Assembly (NCBI GenBank): GCA_038087875.1
Contig: JAXLNO010000050.1
Location: forward strand, 62,001-126,000
Reading direction: 5' to 3'
Origin: Malacoraja senta
Lineage: Eukaryota
DNA length: 64,000 nucleotides
Shown here: piece by piece, positions 24,746 through 37,090 of the stretch
Layout: each line of letters starts with the position of its first letter
How positions within the stretch are numbered: the stretch's first letter is position 1
Translations under genes and position numbers: made by a program
Notes under the pieces: generated by a model
Seen by the model: the letters and a program-made list of their open reading frames with translations, nothing else
Databases searched by the model: none
What the model was told of the DNA's origin: nothing

Positions 24746-26473
24746 AATGTTAGCAGAAACCTGTGGAGGAGATTTTGCTGCTAACTGGATGAGTTATACA
24801 TGTCATTTGGCACCTAACTCTGAGAGAGAACATGTGCGTATTGAAGTGCTCGAGATAACAGATCCTGATAATCTGACTCACTTGGGAAGGCAGATTCCAC
24901 ATCAACCTAACCTTTGATTTTGTAGCAAAAGAACAGAGTGCTGGAGTAACTCAACGGGCCAGACAGCATCGCTGGAGAACATTGACTTAGTTGCAGTTTG
25001 CATTTTTTGCAGTTTGTTTACATAGACATTTAGCACCAAGAGGAAAGGCAGGCAGCAACGGTTCAGTCTAGAGGAGGACTAATAATATTGTGCTTTCAAG
25101 ACTGAAGGAAGTACAAGCCCATGTTTAAATAAAAGCGCACTGAAGTAATTTAGCGGGTCAGGCAACATCTCTGAAGACAAATAGGCAGCATTTAGGTTCG
25201 AGACTTCTTCAGGCCTGTTCATAAATTATAGGGGCAGAATTAGGCCATTCGGCCCATCAATTGTACTCCACCATTCGATCATGGCTGATCTATCTCTCCC
25301 TCTCAATCCCATTCTCCTCCCCATCTCCCCATAACACCAGTACTAATCAAGAATCTGTCAATCTCTGCCTTTAAAATATACGTTGGAGTATAGATTAATT
25401 TAGAAGGAAGGAACTACAAATGCTGGTTTACAAAAAAAAGACACAAAGTGCTGGAGTAACTCAGCAGGTCAGTTACCACCTCTGGAGAACATGGAGGTCA
25501 CGTTTTGGGTCGAGAACTGAAATGTTGCATTGGTTTGTTCTGGAAAAGCCCAGATTCTAAATGAACGTCCAGCAAGTCTAGCTGTACCTTGAAAATAGCT
25601 CCACTCTCAGTTGAAAGTAGGAACAGCATTCTAGTAATGTTAAGATAAATTGGAAATGTTGGCACGTGAAGTTTAAAGACAGACTTGGAACCAAAGACAG
25701 CTAATAGTGGATTAAATGAGGCAATGTGCAATTTGCCATTAATCTTGTGCAAACCCATTACTATGCCCATGCCAAAAGTTTTCAAAGCAAAAATAAAATA
25801 AAACTAATTATGTGTTGTATCGGTTATTTTTCCAATGTGCCCATAACCGTTTTTACTTCAGGTTATTAATGTTATTATTAATGATCGTGTTATTAATTTG
25901 GTGTTCTGGCCATTTAGCTGCTGTAGTATCAACTTCAACACAAGTCGTGACACAGTGGCACAGCAGTAGAGTTGCTGGAGGAAATGGATTACAGAGGTCA
26001 TGGGGAGAACGTACAAACTCCGCACAGACAGCACCCGTAGTCAGGATCGAACCCAGGACTCTTGCACTATAAGGCAGCAACTACCGCTGTGCCACCGTGC
26101 TGCCCATTTAAAGGCCTCTAAAACGCCACTTATCTGCCTTCACCACCAGCTCTGGCAGTGCTTTCCAGGCACCCACAAACTTGTGTCTAAAAAAAGCTAG
26201 CTCTGAACATCTTTAAATTATGCCCTTCTCTCCTTAAAGCTACGTCCTGTGGTCTTTGACATTTCCACACTGAGTAAAGGTGGCTAACATATTTTGATTC
26301 AAAAGGTGACAGTGATTTCCTGCTATTGCAATAGATATCAGATTGTACATTCACACACTTCCAGCTTAAGGAAACTTTTAGATTTATAATATAGAACATG
26401 CCGAACAGTGCAGGACAAGAACAGATCCTTCGGCCCACAATTGTCCATGCCAAACACGATAGCAAGACCATTA

Positions 26474-27570
26474 TCTATATAATTAAAAGTCTCATCTTGA
26501 CCACCTCCATCTGCGCTGTATATTGATTTTAGAAAAAAAAACGCTACCATATATTGCTATGATTTTTGGCCATCATACTCATAGTCCTCCTCCGCTGATC
26601 AGGCCCTGGGGATTTTTCCCATTGATGAAAAATGAGCATCTCAAGTGTTTAAAAAACCTTGAGATGCTCTCGCCTGTCAATCGCTGCGATGAAGGTAACG
26701 CCCCTTCTGGGGGAGGAACGATAAAACCCCGATGCTTGGACATGCCTCACTCAGGAAGATCGTGAGGGAGATGCCATGACTACCATTCTAAGCTGTGAAT
26801 CAAGTGAACTGTGAGTCTGCAATGTACTTGCAATAAATGATTTGTTAGCCCTTAATGAAAATGAAATGAGTTGTTTGGCCTGCCCTGTGCTTGAAACTGC
26901 AATGGCACTGGAAGTGAAATGAAAATGTAATCAGCTGTTTGGCTTGCCGTGCCCTGTCCTTAAAACTGCAATAGCAGTGGAAGTAAAATGAAAATGCAAT
27001 CAGCTGTTTGGCTTGGCCTGCCCTGTCCATGAAACTGCAATGGCAGTGGAAGTGAAATGAAAATGCAATCAGCTGTTTGGCTTGGCCTGCCCTGTCCTTA
27101 AAACTGCAATGGCAATGGAAGTTAAATGAAAATGCAATCAGCTGTTTGGCTTGGCCTGCCCTGTCCTTGAAACTGCAATGGCAGTGGAAGTGAAATAAAA
27201 ATGCAATTAGCTGTTTGGCTTGACCTGCACTGTCCTAGAAACTGCAATGGCAGTGGAAGTGAAATGAAAATGCAATCAGCTGTTTGGCTTTGCCTGCCCT
27301 GTCCTTGAAACTGCAATGGCAGTGGAAGTGAAATGAAAATGCAATCAGCTGTTTGGCTTGGCCTGCCCTTGAAACTGCAATGGCAATGGAAGTGAAATGA
27401 AAATGCAATCAGCTGTTTGGCTTGGCCTGCCCTGTCCTTGAAACTGCAATGGCAGTGGAAGTGAAATGAAAATGCAATCAGCTGTTTGGCTTGGCCTGCC
27501 CTGCCCTGTCCTTGAAAATACAATGGCAATGGAAGTTAAATGAAAATGCAATCAGCTGTTTGGCTTGGCC
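26474..27570 (+). mobile_element. Probable non-autonomous Helitron 5' part
   Basis: Starts A|TCTATATAATTAAAAG, a Helitron-like 5' TC end, interrupting a CR1/SINE-type tail, and carries an internal minisatellite. No 3' CTRR end seen. Confidence 0.45.
26855..27570. repeat. 69-bp minisatellite, about 10 copies
   Basis: Unit AAACTGCAATGGCAGTGGAAGTGAAATGAAAATGCAATCAGCTGTTTGGCTTGGCCTGCCCTGTCCTTG. Confidence 0.95.
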
Positions 27571-28501
27571 ACAGACACTCTGGACCCATGATCCTTGTGG
27601 TCTTTGCAGCTTTTGCATAAGATGTCAAGCAGGCTTTACAAAAGCAGAAATCCTTGATTTTGTCACGCACCCAAAATGACCAATATTACCATGTGTAGGA
27701 TGGGAAACTGGGATGACTTAGGATTGGTGGACGGGTGATTATTGGTCTGTGCTGACCATGAGCTGAAGGGTCTGCTTCCACACTGTATCTTTAAACTAAA
27801 TTAAACATCTCACTCATTTAAACTGCAGCAAAAATAAGTCCAATTCACTAAATCTTTCCTCAAAAGACAGCTCTGTCATTCCATGAGACCAGAGTTGAAG
27901 ATGGAAAAGTAAGTACAGTGAAGCAACACCATATGTAGCAAAGTGTATAATCTTGGAATCTTGGGAACTTTATTGTCATTCAATAGAAATGTCATTTGCC
28001 AGAAACCCCAAAATGTTTGTCAGTGGCCTTTCAACTCCTCCGATGAATCACTGGCTTCCTGAACGTGGAACTCAAGTAATCCAGAGCTCGATTTCAACCC
28101 CTGAATTTAAAAAGGTCACCGCAAAGTCTAATTGGTTCTGAAGCTGGGAGCAAAACACAAAGTGACTGAATGAAAGACATACATTCCAAACCTATGCCTT
28201 ATACTACAACACAGCTGGCTGGAGGAGTCAGCAAGAATTTAGATGAACTGAGGGAAAAACAATTATTACATGACAAGATTAAAATAACCGCAGAGATTAA
28301 GAGCAATGACAAACCATTATTTCTGAACTTTTATGGCTTTCTCTCACAAATACATGTTAACCTTTCACTTTCCTATCTATATTTTCTTCAGCAAATTAAT
28401 TATGGATTTCTCTCACAAATACATTTTAAGTTTCTTTTTTGTTTCCATAATATTTTCTTCAACAAATTAACATGTCAATATACATTTGATATTTTCCTTA
28501 C

Positions 28502-28653
28502 CAGTCAATAATGTTGTTGTAAGCAATAATGCTGTTCTTTAAATATGGCTGAGGATTGATGCTACTTCCAAACGCATATTTAAAATGGCCGTCACGTAAA
28601 CGGTATGATACTCTCCTGGATATCACTGCCGTTCGGATGACCATCAGGTGATT
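28502..28653 (-). CDS. TADA1: Transcriptional adapter 1, exon 6 (152 nt)
   Basis: [50 protein letters not shown] matches TADA1 as I recall it ([30 protein letters not shown]...). Acceptor ccccag, donor gtaagg. Confidence 0.93.
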
Positions 28654-29138
28654 CTGGGGGACGTAGGATAATTTTTTGCAATTAAAACAGAATATGCTAG
28701 AAAACAGTAGTGAATCTGCAAAGGGAAACAAAGTTAAAGTGGAGGATTTTTCACATTCACTTTTAACCATTCTAATCCTTTAATAGAAACATAGAAAATA
28801 GGTGCAGGAGGAGGCCATTCGGCCCTTCGAGCCAGCACCGCCATTCATTGTGATCATGGCTGATCGTTCCCAATGAATAACCCGTGCCTGCATTCAAATA
28901 ATTTCAGGAGATGGTCCAGTGAGTGACTACGTGAAGAAGACCCCGTCCAGCCGCACACGAGTCATTTTCGATCAGACGCATAGCGTTCATGACCGTGTGT
29001 GGAGGAGCAGGAGCTCCTCCAGCAGTGAGTAAAGCAAATTTAAAGTAAAAATCGGACAAGGTAAGTGGTTTCGTTTTTACTTGCAGGGCGCTTTTCTTCC
29101 CGCTCAGACGTGTTGGCAGAGGTCCACACAAACTCAGA

Positions 29139-30590
29139 ATGGAGAAAGAGCGTAGGGGAAGGAGAGGCCAGGGACGCACCGCAGGTAACACCCCCGATGC
29201 TAAGGGTAGCGGGCGTCAGGAAGAGGAGGCAGTGGCATCGAAGCCATCAACTCCCGTTACGGTCGAATGTGCCGTTAAACCGCCAGTGGCGGGGCTCAAG
29301 GCTGGACAAAAGTCGGCCCGACCTGTAGACTCGGAAGAGTCAGACCCGGAGGTATACCCTCCTGCAGCAGAAAACGTTATGGCTGCAAGGGTCGCCAGTT
29401 TAGAGCTCCTGATGGGGATTTACAAAGAACCCCCACAGGAGGAATCAGGTCGGTGTTGGCCAATGGAGGATACAGCACAGGGTGTGCCTTGGTTGGGACA
29501 GGCACAAGGGTGGCCTACAGGAGAGCCATCAGAAATGACTGTGCAAAGGTATTACAGTGGTTGGCCTACAGGAGAGCCAGTGCCAGAAATGCCTGAAACA
29601 AAGGCAGTATATGTGCTGACCTACTCAAGAGCCAGTACCAGAAATGTCTCAAAAAAGACAGTACAAACGTACTTATATGCCAGCACCGAAAGTTCCTAAA
29701 GGGAAAATTATGAAGCGTTGGCCTAGAGTTGAGCCAGCGCCAGCAGCACCTGAAACAGGGCTGCCTATCCGTGGGCCTATAAGAGAGCCCGCGCAGGGGG
29801 AATCTGGCATAGACTTACCTGAAACAGGGGACTCAGAATTTACCAAACCTGAATAGGAACATCTAGATTCAGAAGATGAATTCTATGAGGATGAGAGCCC
29901 ATTATCAGAGCTGAAAGTTCCTGGACTAGCACAAAAGTTTGCTGTTCCTAGAATAAAGGGGGAACCTTTGAGGGAGGAAATAGCAATGACTATAAACTAT
30001 CTACTCTCCCATCAGCTCCAGGAAGTAACTATGGATGAGACTATGAAACAGTACGAGGCCCCAGCAAATTGTGAATTGCTGACAGTTCCAGCAGTAAATA
30101 ACTTGATTTGGGGTTATTTGAGCATTGGTTTACGCTCACAAGAATTGAAATTGCAACGTGTATTGAAATTGCTGGGGTCAGGCATCACGGCATTTGCCAG
30201 AGGTTTGGATGATGATTATGTATCAGATTCACAACAAGATGCTCTAGCACTGATGTGTGGTGCACATTTTTGAAATAAATTATGTCCGTAAAAATGCAAT
30301 AAGACCAAATATTCATCCTAAGTATGCAGGGTCTGCAAACCAACCAACATACAAATGCCTAAAGCTGCTGTTTGGAGAAAATCTAGCAAAGAAGCTAAAA
30401 GGACTTGAATGAAGAGTCAAGAACCTTGAGTGGCATGACGATGAAACCACCGATGATGAGCAGAGTGGTGCAAAGGCAGTATCCCTACAGGCGGAATACT
30501 GGTGCTGGAGAAGGAACATGCCGATCATTCTCGTATACACGTTGGCGTGCTGCACCGGGGATACGTGGAGGTTACAATGTGCCTACCAGA
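29139..30590 (+). pseudogene. DIRS-A gag-like ORF1, interrupted
   Basis: First ORF after the ITR. YEAPANCELLTVPAVNNLIWG is homologous to DIRS-C YDTPANCVLLKVPAVNHAIWG. Confidence 0.75.
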
Positions 30591-30669
30591 AGTGGACAAT
30601 TGCCAGTGGCAAACCCCGAGGTAGGGGGTCCTGGTCTGGTAAGGAATACAATAAATGTTTCACATTCAC

Positions 30670-32552
30670 AAGTAGGGGGAAGGTTACGATTCTTCCTAAA
30701 AGAATGACAGTTAATAACAAATGATTCATTTATTCTAAATAGCATTGTAGGATTCAAAATTGAGTTTCTATCCACATTTGGATCCTCCAAGGCAAGAAAA
30801 TTCAAACTGGTCACGAATTTTCTCAACAAAAAAAAGAGAATAAGTTGATCAAAGGAGAATTAGAAACTTTAACCAAAAAGGGGGTAATAGAGGTCAGTAG
30901 AACAACACCATCAGTTTGTATCAAATATTTTTCCAAGAACAAAAAAGGATGGTGGATGTAGAACCATATTGGGTCTGACAAATCTTAACCTTTATGTACA
31001 ATACAAACATTTCAAAATGGAAACATTTACTAATGCAATTCAGCTAATCACAGAAAATTGCTACATGGCAAGCATAGATCTGCAAGATGCATATTATTCC
31101 GTGGCAATGCATGGTAATGATCAAAGATATTTGAAATTTAGATGGATGAGTCAGTTATGGCAATTTAAAGCATTGCCCAATGGTCTGACTTCAGCACCAA
31201 GATTATTCACTAAATTGCTCAAACCAATTTTAGCTCTGTTAAGTGCTGAGGGCCATGTATTAATGGCTTATTTAGAGGATATCCTCATTGTACGGGACAC
31301 TTTGGCTGCTGCAAAATTGTCAGTATCCAGAGTCAAATACATTTTTGAGAAATTAGGTTTCATTATTCACCTACAAAAATCTAAATTGTTACCAAGCAAA
31401 AAGATTGATTACCTAGGGTTCACAATTAACTCCGAACACATGGTAATCACTTTGCCAAAAGATAAAAGCTGCAGTTAATTGAAGGTTGCATAAAACTCAT
31501 TAACGAAGACACACCTTCAATTAGAGAAGTGGCAAGCTTGCTAGGCAAATTAATTGCAGGGTTTCCAGCGGTCACGTTTGGACCATTGCATTATCAATGT
31601 CTACAGAGAGCTAAGGTACAAGCGTTAAAAATGAATAGAGGGCATTTTGACAGGCCCATGAAATTAACAATTTAATCCATTACAGAAATAGAATGGTGGA
31701 TTAACAATGTTTCTAATGCTTCCAGAAAAGTTCTGGTAGAAACACCTTCCGTCACTCTACAGACTGATGTAAGTGCGCTGGGTTGCGGCGCTACTAACAT
31801 GATTTCCAGCTGTGGAGGTAGGTGGAATGTGAATGAAGTACCTTTGCTAGAAAATCTGGGAATCAATTACCTAGAGCTATTAGGCGCATTTTACGGCCTT
31901 AGAGCTTATTGCACTGATATGGGAAATATGAATGTTCAGGTACAGGTTGACAATACTACAGCTGTAGCATACATAAATCACATGGGTGGTATAAAATCAG
32001 AATCATGTGATAAATTAGTAAATGAAATTTGGACCTGGTGTATTGCCAGGAAAATTTGGCTGTCAGCAATATATTTACCAGGTACATTTTATACAATTAC
32101 AGACAAAAGATCACGTAAATTTAATGATAATACAGAATGGATGTTAAATCGGAAAATATTCACACAAATTATCACACAATTTGGAATGCCAGAAATTGAT
32201 CTGTTTGCATCAAGATTGAACCACCAGTTTGCCTAAGTATGTGTCATGGGAACCTGATCCTGGAGCACTAGCGGTGGATGCTTTCTCGCTACATTGGGGT
32301 GGTATGTTTCTGTATGCGTTTCCGCCATTTTGTTTAATCCACAGATGCATACAGAAAATTAAACAAGATTCAGCCTCAGGGATTTTGGTAGTACCAGATT
32401 GGCCTGAACAGCTATGGTACCCACTGGTGATAAAAATAATCAAAAAAAACCTTATGGTTATTCCAAAGCAGATTAAACTGCTTGTACACCCTGTGACTGA
32501 TGAACCACATCCTTTACATGATCATATTGGTTTGTTGATTTGCAGATTCTAA
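30670..32552 (+). pseudogene. DIRS-A pol: RT, RNase H and DAM-like methyltransferase domain, frameshifted
   Basis: HFKMETF, SIDLQDAYY, LPNGLTSAPRLFTK, AYLED; INYLELL, VDNTTAVAYINHMGG; IDLFASRLN...DAF...YAFPPF. Confidence 0.9.
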
Positions 32553-33530
32553 GAAGGCCATATCTTGGAAAAGGATTATCAGACCGTACGGTGGATGTTA
32601 TAACAACGGCCTGGAGGAATAGTACCCAGAAGCAGTACATCTCCTATATAAAGAAATGGGAGGTGTTTTGTTCAGGGAAACATATTGCATATAACCGAGC
32701 AGAAATTTCAGATGTAATAGAGTTCCTTTCTACTCTATACTATGAATTAAAATTAAATTATAGTGCAATTAATACTGCACGAAGTGCACTGTCTGCATAT
32801 TTAAGCAGTGAATCAGAACAAACTCCAATAGGAGCACATCCTTGGGTCTGTAGGCTTATGAAAGGAATTTTCAACTCTAATCCTCCCAGACCTAGGTATA
32901 CAGAAATTTGGAATGTAAAAGATGTACTGATGTTGCTAAGGAATTGGAATCCAGTTGAAACTCTGTCATTATCCAAAATCACCATGAAATTGGTTATGCT
33001 CATGGCATTAGTTTCAGCTCAGAGAGTTCAAACGTTACAGAAACTCAGTATTGATAGAATGAAAGTAGGGCCAAATGCCGTGACATTCTATGTCTATGAT
33101 TTACTGACGCACAGTAGACCTAGGTTCACAGGATGCAAGTTGGAATTTTTATCATATCCTACAGATCCACGACTGTGTGTAGTAACATATGTGAATTGTT
33201 ACATAGAAACAACAAAAGTTTTAAGAGGCACCGAATTGGCATTTTTTATTAGTCATAAAAAACCTCATAAGAAAGTGTCAACACAAACAATTTCACGATG
33301 GTTGAAACAGGTGTTGAGATATTCAGGTATTGATACTGATAAATTTAAATCTCATTCCAACAGGGCGGCATCAACATCAGCGGCCAGGGATTCAGACAAT
33401 AGACCTTATTCTCGCGGCCGCAGGATGGGCAAGTGAACAGATGTTTCACAAGTATTACCATAAGGAGATTAAAGATCTCATAGGGTTTGGTGATGCCGTG
33501 CGGGATTCAGTATTAAATCCCCCATTATAA
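32546..33530 (+). pseudogene. DIRS-A tyrosine recombinase, frameshift near 3' end
   Basis: YSAINTARSALS, LMALVSAQRVQ, TISRWLK, FKSHSNRAASTS, then ILAAAGW...FHKYY in another frame. Confidence 0.9.
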
Positions 33531-34210
33531 TAAATGGGCCTAATTTTGTTACTTTTATTAAAATAAATAAAACCATTAACTGATTACATTCAAATGTTGT
33601 GGTTATGCATTGTTGATTGTGCTTACTCAAATAGAGTCAATCGATGCGGTGAACACCTGGATTTGAATCCACGGTGTGAAATCACAGAGCTTTGAATTCT
33701 TCACGTAGTCACTCACGTGACTCCGAAGTAAAATAGTAAGATTAAACGAGAACTTACCAGTTTGAAGTTTGATCTTTATTTTATGAGGAGTAACGTTGAG
33801 GGATTACGTGCCCTACGCTCCCACCCTCATAAAAGGATCAAGCTGGTAGTTCTAAGTCTTTATACATCTTACTATCATTCTTCAGTAATTATCGTCTGTG
33901 ATTGTCACTCCGCTGCTTTGAAAGATTGACGCGTGTGCGGCTGGACGGGGTCTTCTTCACGTAATCCCTCAACGTTACTCCTCATAAAATAAAGATCAAA
34001 CTTCAAACTGGCAAGTTCTCGTTTAATCTTACTATTTTGTTTTCTCAAATCCCTTTGAGGGCAGCTGGTAGAGTGAATGCAAAAGTGGGACGGCAAATGT
34101 GAACGGGTGATCAATGGTCGGTGTGGACTCGGTAGGCGAAGGGCCAGTTTCCATGTTGTACTTTTATTAAATGATTATGTTATTGAGTTTTCTTCACATT
34201 ATTTACTTAG

Positions 34211-34360
34211 TATTTGGTTGTGTTAGTTGGGCTAGTATTATGTTGTGTTAGTTGGGCTAGTATTATGTTGTGTTCGTTGGGCTAGTATTATGTTGTGTTG
34301 GTTGGGCTAGTATATGTTGTGTTAGTTGGGCTAGTATTATGTTGTGTTAGTTGGGATAGT
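34211..34360. repeat. 25-bp tandem repeat, about 6 copies
   Basis: Unit TATTATGTTGTGTTAGTTGGGCTAG. Confidence 0.92.
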
Positions 34361-34669
34361 TCTGTAATCTTCCCAAAGCCGTATTTACTTTAATTTAGTT
34401 TATTATCATTTGTACCGAGGTACGGTGAAATGTTTTTTTGTTGCCTGCTATCCAGTCAGTGAAAAGACTATCAATTTTACATCGGCAACTAAAGATACAG
34501 AACTGAAACTTGTAGGCTATAGTGTTCTCTCTGAGCTATGAATCCCTGTCCCCAACTTGCAGGGAAACAAGCTATGTATCTGAAAAGACAGGACCCAGAG
34601 TGGCAGAATGCATCGTGGGCAGGTCTTAACAACCCTACTCACAAATCAGATAAAATAAAACTCTGATTT

Positions 34670-34965
34670 AGACTTGAGATACAGTGCGGAAACAGGTCCT
34701 TCAGTCCACTGAGTTAGCGCCGACCAGCATTTAACTCCTTACACAAGCACTATCCTACACACTAGGGACAATTTACAATTTTTACCGAAGCCAATTAACC
34801 TAGAAACCTGTATGTCTTTGGAATGTGGGAGGAAACCAGAACACCTGGAGAAAACCCACACAGTCACGGGGAGAACAAACAAACTTCTACAGACGGCACC
34901 TGTAGTCAGTATTGAACCCAGGTCTTTGACGCTATAAGACAGCAGCTCTACCACTGTGCCGCCCT
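34670..34965 (-). mobile_element. HE1-like V-SINE (further copies at ~25995-26105, ~35950-36235, ~38165-38468 minus; ~42980-43190 plus)
   Basis: Same tRNA head / V domain / CR1 tail consensus. Confidence 0.8.
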
Positions 34966-35339
34966 AATATCTGATAACTAGCAAGACAGCGCTCCAGATT
35001 TTCTTGTTGTCAAGGACATGGAAAGATTTTGATTTCCCTGACATTTAGGTGCATTCAAAAATAAATTATACAAAACATTTTTAAATATATACTAATTCCT
35101 TGAAGTATGAAAGCTCACTACAAATTCTCACTGAAATGCCTTTGGCTCTTTGGGTTACAAGTCTTCAATATGCCATGTTATCTTTCGTTTTATCAAATGG
35201 CATGTATAAAATACGCTGTACCAAAATGGTAACAAGCATTTCACTATGGATCACAGCACTCTTGGCATTCTCCCACTCCATTGTGTTGTCAAAGGGATTA
35301 CTCTGCTCTGTAAGTAACTGAATTATTACCCTGCATATT

Positions 35340-35810
35340 GTAGACACAAAATGCTGGAGTAACTCAGCAGGACAGGCAGTATCTCTGGAGAGAAGGAATG
35401 GGCGACATTTCGGGTCGAGACCCTTCTTCAGACTGATGTCAGGAGAGCGAGTGAGACAGAGATAGTATGTAGTCGGAGACAGTAAGAATGGTGGAAGAAC
35501 TGGGAAGGAGATGGAGAGAGAGGGAAAGCAAGGGCTATTTGAAGTTAGAAGAGTCAATGTTCATACCGCTTGGGTGTAAGCTGCCCAAGCAAAATATGAG
35601 GTGCTGTTCCTCCAATTTGTGCTGGGCCTCATTCTGACAATGGAGGAGGCCCAGGCCAGAAAGGTCAGATTGGGAATGGGAGGGGGAGTTAAAGTGTTGA
35701 GTAACGGGAGATCAGGTAGGTTAAGGCAGACTGAGCGGAGGTGTTCAGCGAAACAATCGTCGAGCCTGCGCTTGGTCTCACCGATGTACAGAAGTTGACT
35801 CCAGGAACAG
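35340..35810 (-). mobile_element. Penelope-like 3' fragment (GIY-YIG C-terminus + hammerhead-like module at 35404-35431)
   Basis: Minus strand encodes LYIGETKRRL..FAEHLRSV...KLEEQHLIF and then CTGAAGAAGGGTCTCGACCCGAAATGTC. Confidence 0.85.
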
Positions 35811-36354
35811 CTTTCCTACACACCACGCATATTGTGTTCCCCTCATAATAGCTTCAAAAGCCCCAGCAGTTCCAAAGAAGTCACTTTCACCAAGAAATCG
35901 CAGCAATAAACAAGCTGGAAGTAATTAACAAAAGTAAATTGGTGGACATTAGTTGTAGAGATACAGCATGGAAACAAGCCCTTCAACCCACTGTTTTCAG
36001 ACCAACCATCGATCACCCGTTCACACTAGTTCCATGTTATCCGACTTTCTCATCCACTCCCTACACACTGAAGGATCTTTACAGAGGGCCAAATAACCTA
36101 CAAACCTGCACGTCTTAGGGATGTGGGAGGAAACTGGAACACTCGGTGGAAAACCACAGGGTGAATGTGCAAACTACACACAGATAGCATCTGAGGTCAG
36201 GATCAAACCCGGGTCTCTTGTGGTGAGGCCATAGCTATTCATTACATCTTGCAGTATCATCAGTGCAAGCTTGCCTTAACAGCACTGAGAAAAGAAAACT
36301 TAATGTAAGTAACAGTTACCATTTCAGTGATTCAAATTGAAGATGATCAAAGAC

Positions 36355-37090
36355 CAAATATTTAGAGTATTGTGTTCAGTTCTGGGCACCATGTCAGCGA
36401 TGAAGAGGTGGGGCCTCGTGGACAGCGCCTCCTGCGAGTGTGGGGACCCAACACAGACAGTGGAACACATAGTCACCAGTTGCCCCAAACACCGGCCACC
36501 GAATGGTGAACGAGGACTGATTGACCTGGACGATGACACGTTGGCCTGGCTCGCCTCAACGGAGCTGCAGGTCTAAAGGACACACAACAGAAGAACAAGA
36601 AGGCACCATGTTATAGGAAAGGGTACAGAGAGATTTTACAAGAATGTTGCCAGGACTCAAGGGTCTAAGCTATAGGGAGAGGTTGAGTAGTTCGGGACTC
36701 TATTCCCTGAAGCGCAGGAGGTTGAGGGGTGATCTTATAGAGGTGTATAAAATCATGAGAGGAATGGATCGGGTAGATGCACAGAGTCTCTTGCCCAGAG
36801 TCGGGGAATCGAGGACCAGAGGACATAGGTTTACGGTGGAGGGGAAAAGATTTAATATAAATCTGAGGGGCAACTTTTTCAAACAAAGGGTTGTGGGTAT
36901 GTATGGAACAAGCTGCCGGAGGAGGTATTTGAGGTTTAAGATGCAGTTAGACAGGTACATGGATAGGACAGTTTTGGAGGGATATGGACCAAACACAGGC
37001 ATGTGGGACTAGTGTAGGTGGGACATGTTGGGCGGTGTGGCCAAGTTAGGCCTGTTTCCACACTGTATCACTCCGTGACTGTGCGACTAT
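36355..37090 (+). mobile_element. CR1 3' fragment interrupted by an Ingi/Vingi-like insertion
   Basis: LEYCVQFW remnant before the insert and MLPGLKGLSYRERL...RGDLIEVYK after it. Confidence 0.85.
36395..36601 (+). mobile_element. 5'-truncated Ingi/Vingi (I-group)-like LINE 3' end
   Basis: MKRWGLVDSASCECGDPTQTVEHIVTSCP zinc knuckle, (AAG)-rich tail, 10-bp TSD GGCACCATGT at 36385-36394 and 36602-36611. Clade assignment is tentative. Confidence 0.7.

Larger units (their letters stand above)
28919..34038 (+). mobile_element. DIRS1-like tyrosine-recombinase retrotransposon (DIRS-A), near complete, degenerate
   Basis: Left ITR 28919-28965 is inverted at ~33927-33963. The ICR at 33697-33810 is complementary to both the left end and the right extension. 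Gag, RT/RNaseH/MT and YR ORFs are in order. Confidence 0.93.

Noticed and set aside
24426..24917. ORFs rich in His/Thr or Cys/Val
   Set aside because: Translations of a (CA)n microsatellite.
26845..27551. Repetitive Cys/His ORFs (FHFHCHC)
   Set aside because: Translations of the 69-bp minisatellite; no splice or start context.
1..28500. TADA1 exons 7-8
   Set aside because: I looked for DDAEQQAA / YDLFEALQ / HTVYALN-like coding in the unique stretches on the minus strand and did not find it; a very diverged remnant could have been missed.
32190..32340. Horizontally acquired bacterial adenine methyltransferase
   Set aside because: The DAM-like domain is a standard part of DIRS1-like pol.
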